Assembly (NCBI GenBank): GCA_041918515.1
Contig: JAYRVO010000170.1
Span: forward strand, 3,526-67,525
Direction: 5' to 3'
DNA: 64,000 nucleotides
Source of the DNA: Chloroflexota bacterium
Lineage (GTDB): Bacteria > Chloroflexota > Anaerolineae > J102
Shown: positions 21,488 to 31,300 of the stretch, in pieces
Position numbering within the stretch: position 1 is the first letter of the stretch
How the letters are laid out: each line of letters starts with the position of its first letter
The notes under the pieces: generated by a model
What the model was told of the DNA's origin: nothing
Seen by the model: the letters and a program-made list of their open reading frames with translations, nothing else
The model's database searches: none
Made by a program: the position numbers and the translations under genes

Positions 21488-21582
21488 GTGTCTTCTCCTG
21501 TCGATGTGATATTCTATGAGGAATGTGCCACATCTTAGGGCGCGGTCAGCGCCCTGTCAAATCTTTTCTCCGCAGGAATCTC

Positions 21583-22803
21583 ATGCCCCCAGAAACCATT
21601 GTCATTTGGGGCGCCGGTCGCATCGGCCGCGGTTTCATCGCTGATCTCTTCGATGCTGCCGGTTATGCTCTTGTTCTGATCGACCAGTCGCCGGATTTGA
21701 TTGCTGATCTGCGCGCTGCCGGGCGTTATACGGTGGTTTACGCTGAGGGCGCTGGCCTCCGTCGTGAGCGCGTCATCGGCGACTTCACGGCCTTGACGAC
21801 CGCCCAGGCCGTGGAAGTTGCCGAGGCCATCGCTATGGCCAATGTGTTGGCAGTAGCTGTCTTTCCCCAGCAATTTGCGGCTGTGGCGCAGCAAATGGTC
21901 CCCGGCCTGACCCGAAGGTTGGCGCGTTCCGATGCGGCGCTCGACATTATCGTCTGTGCCAATCTTACCCACGCCGCGGGACAGTTCCGGGCTGCGCTCA
22001 TGGCCGCCCTTCCTCCCGCGCTGAGGTCAGAAGCAGAGCAGCGCCTGGGGGTGGTGGATAGCCTGGTGATGCGCATGGTTGTCGACGCGCCGGCGGAGGA
22101 TCGCCAGCGTGAGCCTCTTTTGGTGTGGACGAACGGTCACGCCGAGTTGCCGGTCGAACGCAGAGCCTTCAAGTCGGCGCCGCCGCATGTTGCCGGCCTG
22201 CGGCTGGTGGATGACATGGCGGCGGAGGAAGCGCGCAAGCTCTATACCTATAACATGTTGCACGCTGTCTTGGCCTACCTGGGCGCGCTGCGCGGGCATG
22301 TTCGGTCGGTGGACTGTTTGACCGATCCCATCGTGCGGGCAGACGCCGAAGGCGCGTTGGCCGAAGTCAGCCAGGCGCTGGGCGCGGAATACGGTTTCAG
22401 CGCGGACGAGATGGCGCGTTGGGTCGCAGGCGTGTTGCAACAAACCGACAATCCCAGCCTGGGCGATCTGGTGGCGCGGCACGGCGCCGATCCAGGGCGG
22501 AAGCTGCGGCGCGCCGACCGCCTGGTGGGGCCGGCGTTGCTCGCGCGCAGACATGGCATCCCACCTGTGCACCTTGCACGGGCCATTGCCGCGGCTTTTC
22601 TCTATCGCAATTCAGCGGATGCGGGCGCGGTTGCTGTGCAAACACGGGTGGCGGCCGTGGGCGTCGTCGCCGCCATCCGCGAGTTGTGCGAGCTAAGGCC
22701 GGACGAGGAGGATATGGCGGGGCTGGTTCTGTCTGCGTATCACGAGCTTCGGCCGCTAGCAGCCTGTTGGAAAAGTGAATTGGACGCGGATTTTCGCGGA
22801 TGA
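21583..22803 (+). CDS. mannitol-dehydrogenase-family (MtlD-like) NAD-dependent dehydrogenase
   Basis: N-terminal Rossmann motif IWGAGRIGRGFI and a mannitol-DH-family C-terminal domain. Confidence 0.6.
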   Translation: MPPETIVIWGAGRIGRGFIADLFDAAGYALVLIDQSPDLIADLRAAGRYTVVYAEGAGLRRERVIGDFTALTTAQAVEVAEAIAMANVLAVAVFPQQFAAVAQQMVPGLTRRLARSDAALDIIVCANLTHAAGQFRAALMAALPPALRSEAEQRLGVVDSLVMRMVVDAPAEDRQREPLLVWTNGHAELPVERRAFKSAPPHVAGLRLVDDMAAEEARKLYTYNMLHAVLAYLGALRGHVRSVDCLTDPIVRADAEGALAEVSQALGAEYGFSADEMARWVAGVLQQTDNPSLGDLVARHGADPGRKLRRADRLVGPALLARRHGIPPVHLARAIAAAFLYRNSADAGAVAVQTRVAAVGVVAAIRELCELRPDEEDMAGLVLSAYHELRPLAACWKSELDADFRG

Positions 22804-22944
22804 ACACGGATATTTCTTTGATTTTGTAGCGTCAATCCGCGTCAATCCGCGTTCATACGCGTCCCCAAAGCTTTGCAAGCGACTTCTCCGACAGCCTGCT
22901 AGCGATCAATACATAGAGATAGCACTTTGTCTGCGCGGTGCAGA

Positions 22945-23550
22945 TCACGTGCGCTTGCTCATGGCATATGCCGAGTATCCCGCCAGGCCGCCGTTCACGA
23001 TCAACCAGGGCAGGGTGAAGCCAATGCCTACCGTGAAGTAACCATAGTGCGAGTCTGTGCTGGGGTTGATATAGAGATAGGTCAGCGCCAGGTAAGTCGT
23101 GACGAAGACAGCCGCGCCGAATATGGCGCCGGTGAGGATCGCCCGCCAGCGGTCGGGCATCGGCCGGGGTAAGAAACGGAAGGCGAGGTCCGCGCAGAGT
23201 CCCGTGACCGGTCCCGTGAGACACCAGGCGAGCACGGCCCAGGCGCCCCGTAGATTGTTGCCCCCGAGATACTCGAAATAATAGGTGAGGGGCAGACCCA
23301 AGACAAAATAGGGCAGGAAGACGGCCGCACCCACGCCGAAGCGCCGCAGGATTAGGATTGGCAAGACGACGACCAGGGTCATGAGATAGGCAGGGATGAC
23401 GAACACGCACCCCCACCGCGGCTCCATCACGAAATTGCCGAAGCACATGACGAGAAAGTGGAGCAGGCCGAAAAGGAGTACGATCTGCCAGGGCCGCCAG
23501 CGCGGAAAGAGCCGCTGAGCGGTGGGCGATAGAGAGAGAGTAGCGTTCAT
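22945..23550 (-). CDS. hypothetical integral membrane protein (5-6 TM helices)
   Basis: Hydrophobic throughout. No confident family assignment. Confidence 0.5.
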   Translation of the reverse strand: MNATLSLSPTAQRLFPRWRPWQIVLLFGLLHFLVMCFGNFVMEPRWGCVFVIPAYLMTLVVVLPILILRRFGVGAAVFLPYFVLGLPLTYYFEYLGGNNLRGAWAVLAWCLTGPVTGLCADLAFRFLPRPMPDRWRAILTGAIFGAAVFVTTYLALTYLYINPSTDSHYGYFTVGIGFTLPWLIVNGGLAGYSAYAMSKRT

Positions 23551-23870
23551 TGGTGCTCTCCTTTGGCTCTATAGGTCTTGAATATGCGTCAGCCCTTGTA
23601 CGGATAAGTTACGCACTGGGCGTTGGAACCCAATTATATGAATGAACACTCATATGATATGAGCACTCCAATGTGTTGTCAAGTACTGTTCACCTGTGCT
23701 TTTTATCTCACGCAAAGGCGCAAAGACGCCAAGAAAACATAAAAACTTTGCGTCTTAGCGGCTTTGCGTGAGCCAATTTTGGGGCAACGTGAACTTCTAC
23801 GAGCGTGGGCCGATGCGCTCATCCCGTGGTATAATAGGTTCATCACCCATCAAGATAGGGGAGGTGATCC

Positions 23871-26567
23871 ATGACGCTACCCATGTTGACCACCAAGCTA
23901 TTTCCTCCGCCCGTGCGCGGGGGACTGGTGCCGCGCCCGCGCCTGATCGAGCGGCTGGACGCGGGGTTACGCGGCGGATGCAAGCTCACCCTTGTCTCCG
24001 CCCCGGCCGGCTACGGCAAAACCACCATGGTTGTCGAGTGGGGATTGAAGATTGCATCTCGTCCCCATCCGCAACCCGGAATTCGCAATCCGCAATTCGC
24101 CTGGCTCTCTCTCGACGAAGGCGACAACGACCCCATGCGGTTCGCCACCTACCTCCTGGCTGCGCTACAGCAGATTGATCCGGCCATCGGCCAGGTCGCC
24201 CAGGTGATGTTGCAAACCCCGCGACCGTCTCCGCCGGAAGCGTTGCTCACGAGCCTGATCAACGACATTGTCGCTGCGCCCACGCCCTTCGTCCTCGTCC
24301 TCGATGATTATCAGTTGATCCAGGCGCCGCCTGTGCATCAGTTCCTGGCTTTCCTCCTGGAGCACGCGCCGCCGCAGATGCACGTGGTCATCACCACCCG
24401 CGAAGACCCACCCCTGCCGCTCGCCCGTTTGCGCGCCCGCGGCCAGATCACCGACATCCGACAGAGCGACCTCAAGTTCACCGAGGAAGAAACAGCCAGC
24501 TTTCTGCGGCAGATGATGCGGCTCGACCTCTCACCCGCCGATGTGACGACCATCCAACAACGCAGCGAGGGCTGGATCGCGGGATTGCAATTGGCGGCGC
24601 ACTCCATGCAACACAGCGCAGATGCCCGGCAGTTCGTGGCCGACTTTGCGGGCAACGATCGCTACATTCTGGATTATCTGGTCGAGGAGGTCTTCCAGCG
24701 GCAGCCGCCCGATGTGCAGGATTTCCTGCTCAAGACATCCATCCTCGACCGGATCACGGCGGGCTTGTGCGACGCGGTGTTGGGTCAGGGAGCCGGGGCG
24801 CAGGCCAGCCAAACCATCCTGGAGAGACTCGACCGCGCTAATCTCTTCATCGTGCGGCTGGATGAGACGCGGCAGTGGTATCGCTATCACCACCTCTTCC
24901 GCGACCTTTTACGTCTCCAGCGCCACATCCAGTGCGGTGGGGTGGACGCGGCCGATCTTCATCGCCGGGCCGGGCGTTGGTTCGAGCAGAACGGCTTCTT
25001 GGATGAGGCGCTGGATCATTTCCTGGCGGCGGAGGACTGGAACGAAGTCGAGCGCCTCATCGGGCTGGCAGCTGCGGATGCCATCAACCATGGCCAGTTC
25101 GCCACTTTGAATCGTTGGCTCGCCGCTCTGCCAGAGGAGCGGCTACGCGGCAGTTCCGAGTTGGCCGGCCTCAAGGGCTGGGCGGTGCTGTCGCTGGGAC
25201 AGTTCGCCGCGGCTGAAACCTGGACGAACCGGGCCAACGATCTCCTCCCCCCCAACGCACCCCCGTTCCATCAGGCGTTCGTGCTGTGCCTGCAAATCTA
25301 TCTCGCCCACATCCGCTCCGACATCCCCCAGGTCATCGCCCTGGCCCAACGCGCCCTGACTCTGTTGGAGGCGGAGGACCCGCACGGCTTGCGGGGCGCA
25401 GCTCTGGCCAACCTGGCCTCGGCGCAGATGATCATGGGCGATATCGCCGCGGCGACGCGCACGCTGTGCGAGGAGATTCGCGTGGGACAAGAGCGCGGTC
25501 ACGCCATCAGCGCGGTCAGCGCCCTGAGCACCCTGGCCGAGCTTGAGCATCGCCAGGGCCGGGCGCGGGAGGCGTTGGCGCTCGATCAGCAGGCGCTTGA
25601 TCTGGCAGTGGATGGACGGGGCCATCCTTTGCCGTTGGCGGGACACGCCCATATTGGGCTTGGTCTGATCTATTTCGATCTCGATGATCTGGCGCACGCG
25701 CGCGAACACCTGGTTCGGGGCCTCGATCTGGGCCGGCAGCTTGGTCCGACATCGGGCGCCATGCAGGGCGCATTCACGTTGGCGCGCATTCAGCAGCTGG
25801 CGGGAGAAACAGAAGTGGCGCGAGCGACCGCGGCGGCCGCGCGGCAGGCGGCGGCCGCGCTCAACCTGCCGCTGGCCGAGACACTGGCCGCCGGGTGGGA
25901 GGCAGATTTTCGTCTGAAGTTGGGCGATGTCGCCGCGGCCGCGCGCTGGGCAGAGGCCGCACATCTGACACCGGCGGATATGCCGACCTTCGCGCGCGAG
26001 GCCGAGTACATCACCTATGCTCGCGTGCTGCTGGCGCAGGATCGGCCAGCCGAGGCGCGGGTGCTACTCGCCAACTTCGAGGGCTATGCGCGTCACGCCG
26101 GCCTCGATGGTACGCTCATCACTGTCTGTGTTCTGCAAGCTTTGGTCGAGCAGGCGCTCGGCCAGAAGGCGCCGGCATTGGCGCGCCTGGGTGAGGCAGT
26201 GCGCCTGGCCGCGGGCGAAGGGTATCGTCGCGCTTTTCTGGATGGCGGCGCGGCGGTGGCCGCTCTCCTGCCCGGCGTGCGTCACCTGGCTCCGGCGTTC
26301 GTGGATGATCTGCGCGGTCGTCTGCGCCCGGAATCCAGTCGCAGCAGGTTCGTCACATTAGCGCAGCCCCTCATCGAGCCGCTCAGCGAGCGCGAGTTGG
26401 AGGTGCTACGACTGGTGGCCGAGGGGCTATCGAACGCCGAGATCGCCGATAAGTTGTTCATCAGCGTGGGCACGGTGAAGACGCATGTGCACAATATCCT
26501 GGGCAAGCTTGAGGCGGAGGGGCGGCCGCGAGCGATGGTGCGGGCGAGGGAGTTGGGGTTGATCTGA
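23871..26567 (+). CDS. MalT-like STAND ATPase with a LuxR-family HTH (transcriptional regulator)
   Basis: P-loop SAPAGYGKTT, a WLSLDEGDN motif as in MalT, TPR-like helical repeats and a C-terminal LuxR HTH (LSERELEVLRLVAEGLSNAEIADKLFISVGTVKTHV). A strong RBS GGAGGTGA and a TATAAT lie upstream. Confidence 0.85.
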   Translation: MTLPMLTTKLFPPPVRGGLVPRPRLIERLDAGLRGGCKLTLVSAPAGYGKTTMVVEWGLKIASRPHPQPGIRNPQFAWLSLDEGDNDPMRFATYLLAALQQIDPAIGQVAQVMLQTPRPSPPEALLTSLINDIVAAPTPFVLVLDDYQLIQAPPVHQFLAFLLEHAPPQMHVVITTREDPPLPLARLRARGQITDIRQSDLKFTEEETASFLRQMMRLDLSPADVTTIQQRSEGWIAGLQLAAHSMQHSADARQFVADFAGNDRYILDYLVEEVFQRQPPDVQDFLLKTSILDRITAGLCDAVLGQGAGAQASQTILERLDRANLFIVRLDETRQWYRYHHLFRDLLRLQRHIQCGGVDAADLHRRAGRWFEQNGFLDEALDHFLAAEDWNEVERLIGLAAADAINHGQFATLNRWLAALPEERLRGSSELAGLKGWAVLSLGQFAAAETWTNRANDLLPPNAPPFHQAFVLCLQIYLAHIRSDIPQVIALAQRALTLLEAEDPHGLRGAALANLASAQMIMGDIAAATRTLCEEIRVGQERGHAISAVSALSTLAELEHRQGRAREALALDQQALDLAVDGRGHPLPLAGHAHIGLGLIYFDLDDLAHAREHLVRGLDLGRQLGPTSGAMQGAFTLARIQQLAGETEVARATAAAARQAAAALNLPLAETLAAGWEADFRLKLGDVAAAARWAEAAHLTPADMPTFAREAEYITYARVLLAQDRPAEARVLLANFEGYARHAGLDGTLITVCVLQALVEQALGQKAPALARLGEAVRLAAGEGYRRAFLDGGAAVAALLPGVRHLAPAFVDDLRGRLRPESSRSRFVTLAQPLIEPLSERELEVLRLVAEGLSNAEIADKLFISVGTVKTHVHNILGKLEAEGRPRAMVRARELGLI
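24063..24095. repeat. partial CAAT-heptamer element (gaattcgcaatccgcaattcgcc) embedded in-frame inside the MalT-like regulator gene
   Basis: It shares GCAATTCGCAAT with the intergenic elements at 62252 and 63409. It encodes the extra residues ..PGIRNPQFA.. between the P-loop and the WLSLDEGDN motif. Confidence 0.7.
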
Positions 26568-26706
26568 TCGAAAGGGGAAAAACAACAGATACACCCCCAA
26601 ATCTATCCCCAGATAGATGACGCGCCACCCGGTTGAGCGCGATCATGGGTGCAGAACCGTGAAATGCACGGGACACACTCTCGATAACCTGGTAAGGAGG
26701 TTTATC

Positions 26707-27318
26707 ATGAAAAGCGCAGCAGGTGTTCTCGATGTTGGGTACACAAACGAGCCGAGGCATGACATCCGGGCGCAGTTGGCTGAATATGTAGCGCAGCAGC
26801 CGGCGTCGAAACAATCCTTCCACAAATGGATGCGGTTTGTGGAGTGGGTCAGCCTGGCACTCCCCGCCGCAGTCTTTGCCATCGCCTTGTATCTCTCCAT
26901 CACCTGGAAGATCGTCTCCGCCCAGACGATTGCCGCGGCATGGCTCTGCTTCCCGCTGAGTTTCACACCCCTTCTGATCCTCATCGGCCTGCATACGATC
27001 GGCCTGCAAGCCTGGCCCCCCACCACGTTCCTGGGCAAGACGATGCGGGTCTACTTCCCGCTCCTCCGCGCACCCAGCAGGACGCAACCCTTGCGGACCG
27101 GCCAGCCGGCCGTGGTGTGGGGCTGGGGCGCCATTGCAGTGGCATTGATCACCGGCGCTTTCTGGGGCGTCTTCGCCTGGGCGGCATGGACCGTCAACCT
27201 GGCGATGCTGACCCCCTTGATCACTTTATTGGGCTATGCGCTGGGCATTGCGATCGCTGGCTCGATCCTATTCGCGATCTTCAGCGATATCTACCGCCGC
27301 ACCACTCGATCCCGGTAA
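26707..27318 (+). CDS. hypothetical membrane protein (about 6 TM helices)
   Basis: Strong RBS AAGGAGG 8 nt before the ATG at 26707. The protein is hydrophobic. Confidence 0.55.
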   Translation: MKSAAGVLDVGYTNEPRHDIRAQLAEYVAQQPASKQSFHKWMRFVEWVSLALPAAVFAIALYLSITWKIVSAQTIAAAWLCFPLSFTPLLILIGLHTIGLQAWPPTTFLGKTMRVYFPLLRAPSRTQPLRTGQPAVVWGWGAIAVALITGAFWGVFAWAAWTVNLAMLTPLITLLGYALGIAIAGSILFAIFSDIYRRTTRSR

Positions 27319-27378
27319 ACGCCCGCCATTTCGTTCGACCTCATTCACTGATTCAGGCCGAGTAGTCCGAGGCGAACC

Positions 27379-27894
27379 ATGCAACAGGTCGAAATTCGGG
27401 TCAAGGGTCGCATCGACGAGCGCTGGTCGGAGTGGCTGGATGGCCTGGCCATCCGCCACACGATCAATGGCGAGACCGTGCTGGACGGCCCCATCCTCGA
27501 TCAAGCGGCCCTGTACGGCTTGATGTCGAAGCTGCGGGATCTGGGGCTGACGCTTTTGACGGTAAATTGCACGGAGCCGGCCCTTCACCGCGAGGAACTG
27601 GTTTTTTGACAGCTGGCTGCGTTCCTGGACGACTTTGTGGCCGCACAGATGACGACGAACCATGTGGCCGGAGCGGCGGTCTCGGTCGTCAAAGATGGCA
27701 AGCTATTCTTTGCCAGGGGCTATGGCTACGCCGACGTGGCGAGTAACCTGCTTTTTCTCTCGTGCTCCTCGCCCTCCCTGCACGAGGCATTCGCCCGCTG
27801 GCTCCGCCAGAGTCGGGGGCGGACGGCGGCGGCAGAGCCACGCATCGCGGGTATGGGGGATGAGGGAATTTCTAATCAAACTGGTGATCAGTGA
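27379..27894 (+). pseudogene. decayed gene: a 76-aa ORF, an in-frame TGA at 27607, then a serine-hydrolase/class C beta-lactamase-like N-terminal fragment that frameshifts and truncates
   Basis: Beyond the stop, the same frame reads AAVSVVKDGKLFFARGYGYADV, which is typical of PBP/beta-lactamase-family N-termini. It then degenerates without an SxSK motif. An AT-rich tract runs from 27880 to 28340. Confidence 0.5.
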
Positions 27895-28343
27895 TAGTGA
27901 ATCCGATCGGTACATGGCGCAAGCGCAACTGCATCAAGGTTTTTGCAAAGTAAGCCATGCCACATCAAAGACGAACGATTTGCTTATACTTTCTTACTAT
28001 TCCCATTTGCACTGTATCTGTACGTCTGATATAAGCATCCCTCGTTGTGCAGTAAGCTTGGTATGGTGGCTTGGCGCAGGGAAAAATTGTTGAGCTGATC
28101 GATTCCCCCTCAGCCTGACAAATAGGGTGTTGTATTTCGTTTCGTAAAACAATAGCCGTTGAGTTATTGACAATGACTTGGTCGTTTCCCCGGCGACTGA
28201 TGGGTGTCATTGTGCATTACTGTGTATCCAAATCTCCCTTTCTGAGGAGGGGGGGCGTTGTTCTTTCGCGTTCGACCGCGTCGGCGCCCCAAGCTCTTCA
28301 TCCACCCCGAAAATGGTAATCCATTGTTTTCAGGAGAACACCC

Positions 28344-31300
28344 ATGAGTTCCCGCCCTGATTTTGGCTGGCATGACCGTGCGACTTTGCCGTTCACCATG
28401 CGGCGTCTTTTTGTCTTGATCGTGATCGTTTTGGCGGCGTTTCTGTTCGTCGATCACACCGCGGTGCGCGCCAACTCCTTCACCGTGAACAGCACGGCCG
28501 ACGTCGTGGATGCAAATCCGGGGGATGGCGTTTGCGAAACGGCCACGCCGGGAGAATGCACTCTGCGAGCAGCCGTCCAGGAAGCCAACGCCTTCGGAGG
28601 GGACGACGAAATCACCCTACCCGCTGGCACGTATACTCTGACGCTCGCCGGCAGCGGAGATGGCGGCGGCGACCTCGATCACGGCAGTTGCTGCGACCGC
28701 GTGACCATCACCGGCGCCGGTTCCGCCGTCACGACCATCAGCGCCGCCGGGCTGGGCGACCGCATCTTCGACATCCAAAACGGTACGCTGACGCTGACCG
28801 GCGTCACACTGACCGGCGGCAATGTCGTCGGCCATGGTGGAGCGATATTGTTCTCCGAAACAAGCGGCGGCGCGGAGTTGAGCGATGTGGTCATCACCGG
28901 CAACAGCGCCACCGCCAGCGGCGGCGGCGTCTATATCGGTACGGGCTCGCTGTCCGTGGTCAACAGCACGATCAGCAACAATCAGGCCGGCGGCGATGGC
29001 GGCGGCATTTTCACGTCCCTCATGACTAACGTCATCCTTGAGAATAGCCAGGTGTCGGGCAACACGGCGGTAGGCGGGGGCAATGGGCTGGGACTAGAAG
29101 GCGGCACTGCGAACGTCACTCTGCTGGACACCAGCACCGCCGACAACATCTCCCTTGCCAGCAACGCGCAGCTGATCCTGGATGGCGCCATCGGCGGCAG
29201 CTTGGACGGGGTCATCGATGGCGTGGGCACAGTGACGAAGATCGGGACAGGCACCTATACGCTGTCGCAATGGAACAACCTCTCCGGGCCGAACCCTGCT
29301 ACCGGGCCGTTCGATATCCAGGCGGGCATCTTACACATCACCCACCCGTTGGCTTTGGGCAATTTCTTCAATGGCGTCACCACGGTCCAAAATGGCGCTA
29401 CGTTGCTCTATGATGGTCAGCCGCAAAATGGGGTCTACTATATGCCCGATTGGCGGCTCACACTGAATGGCGCCGGTGTCAACGGGCAGGGTGCACTACA
29501 CTTCGTGGCGGGGGGAGCTGGCTTCCAAGGGCCGATTACACTGGCTACCGACAGCACCATCAGAGATGATGCGCCCTCTTACAACCCGGATCATCTGCAG
29601 GGCGCCATAACCGGCCCCGGTAGCTTGACCAAGACCGGTTCAGGCCGTATTATGCTCCATACGGGGACAAACACGTACGGCGGCGCCACAATCGTTCAGC
29701 AAGGCGATCTAAACGTTCATGTGAGTGGCGCCATCCCTGCGACCAGCGACGTGACGGTGGCGGCTGGCGCCTCCCTCTCTATCGGTGATTACCCCGATAA
29801 CTTTGCTTTTCCCAGTGGGCCTGTGAACCAGACAGTTGCCACCTTGCAAGGTTCCGGCCAAATCTATTTGGGGGGCCCATTAGGCGCGGGTGCGCTGACC
29901 GTGGGGAACGCCAGCGACTTCACCTTCGACGGAACCTTCGCCGACAGCGGCGGCGTCGGCAGCCTGATCAAGACCGGCGCTGGCGCCATGATCCTGACTC
30001 ATCCGGGCGGCAACTGGGCCGGCAGCCTCACGATCCAACAAGGTGTCGTTCAGACGGAAAACCTGGCTGGAAATGCCAATATCGCATTGGGCGCGGCGTC
30101 ATTGACCGTCAACATGACCGCCGACGGCGTTTACAACGGCGTTATCAGCGGCACGGGCGGCTTGATCAAGACCGGCGCCAACACGCTGACCCTCACCGGC
30201 GCCAACACCTTCAGCGGACTAACGGACGTGCAAGCCGGCCGGTTGAACATCAATGGCACACACGCCGGAAACGTGGCCGTGACCGGCGCTGGCGCTGCCC
30301 TCGGTGGCACGGGCACGATCAATGGCACGGTATCAGTAGCCGCAGCGGGTTTCCTGTCGCCGGGCAACAGCCCTGGCATCCTCAATGTGGGCGACACGAC
30401 CCTGACGGCCGGCTCCACCTTCGAGGTGGAGATCACGGGCAACACGCCAGGGGTCGGCGGCTACGACCAGTTGAACGTCACCGGTTTCGTGGTCATCGAC
30501 ACGGGCGCACCGGGTGTGACCCTGTCGTCCCTCTTCCCGGCGCCGCCCTACACGCCGCAACTCGGCGATCAATACGTCATCATCAACAACGATGACAGCG
30601 ATCTGGTGACCGGGACCTTCGCTGGTTTACCCGAGGGCGCAACCATCAACGCCGACTTTGGCGGCAGCCTCTACTCTGGGGTTATCTCCTACGTGGGCGG
30701 CGACGGCAACGACGTGGTCATCACCGTAATCACGGTGCAGCGCACCTTCGTCGTGAACGCCACTGCGGATACCGACGACGGGACCTGCAACGCGCTCAAT
30801 TGCACATTGCGCGAGGCGATCAACGCTGCCAATGCCCATGTCAACGCTGCCACGCCCGATGCCATCCACTTCAACATCCCTGGCGCCGGCCCGCACACTG
30901 TGCAGCCCACGACAGCCCTGCCCGCCATCACCAACGCCGTCATCATCGATGGCAGCACCGACCCCAATGGCGCCATCGGGCTGGACGGCAGCCTGGCCGG
31001 CGCCGGCGTACCTGGCTTGGCGATCAGCAGCAGCGGCAGCGCGCTGACCGGTCTGGGCATCACCGGTTTCAGCGACGCTGGCGTATCCATGCTGGCGGGT
31101 ACAGGCAATGTTTTCATTGCCAACCGTATTCATACCAACGGCGGCCTCGGCATCGACCTGGGCAACGATGGCGTCACTCGCAACGACTTTCTTGACGCCG
31201 ATGGCGGCCCCAACCAGCGCCAGAATGCGCCCATTCTCCAGCGAGTTTACGCGGCTTTGGGTGGGCTGCGCGTGCAAGGTGTGCTGAATAGCGCCGCCAA

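Noticed and set aside
22831-22860. Short tandem 10-mer gtcaatccgc x2-3 downstream of the MtlD-like gene
   Set aside because: Only two or three copies are present, with no flanking structure. It is too small to interpret.
28166-28200. TTGACA hexamer upstream of the giant gene, as a possible -35 box
   Set aside because: No acceptable -10 element lies at 16-19 nt spacing. It is left unannotated.
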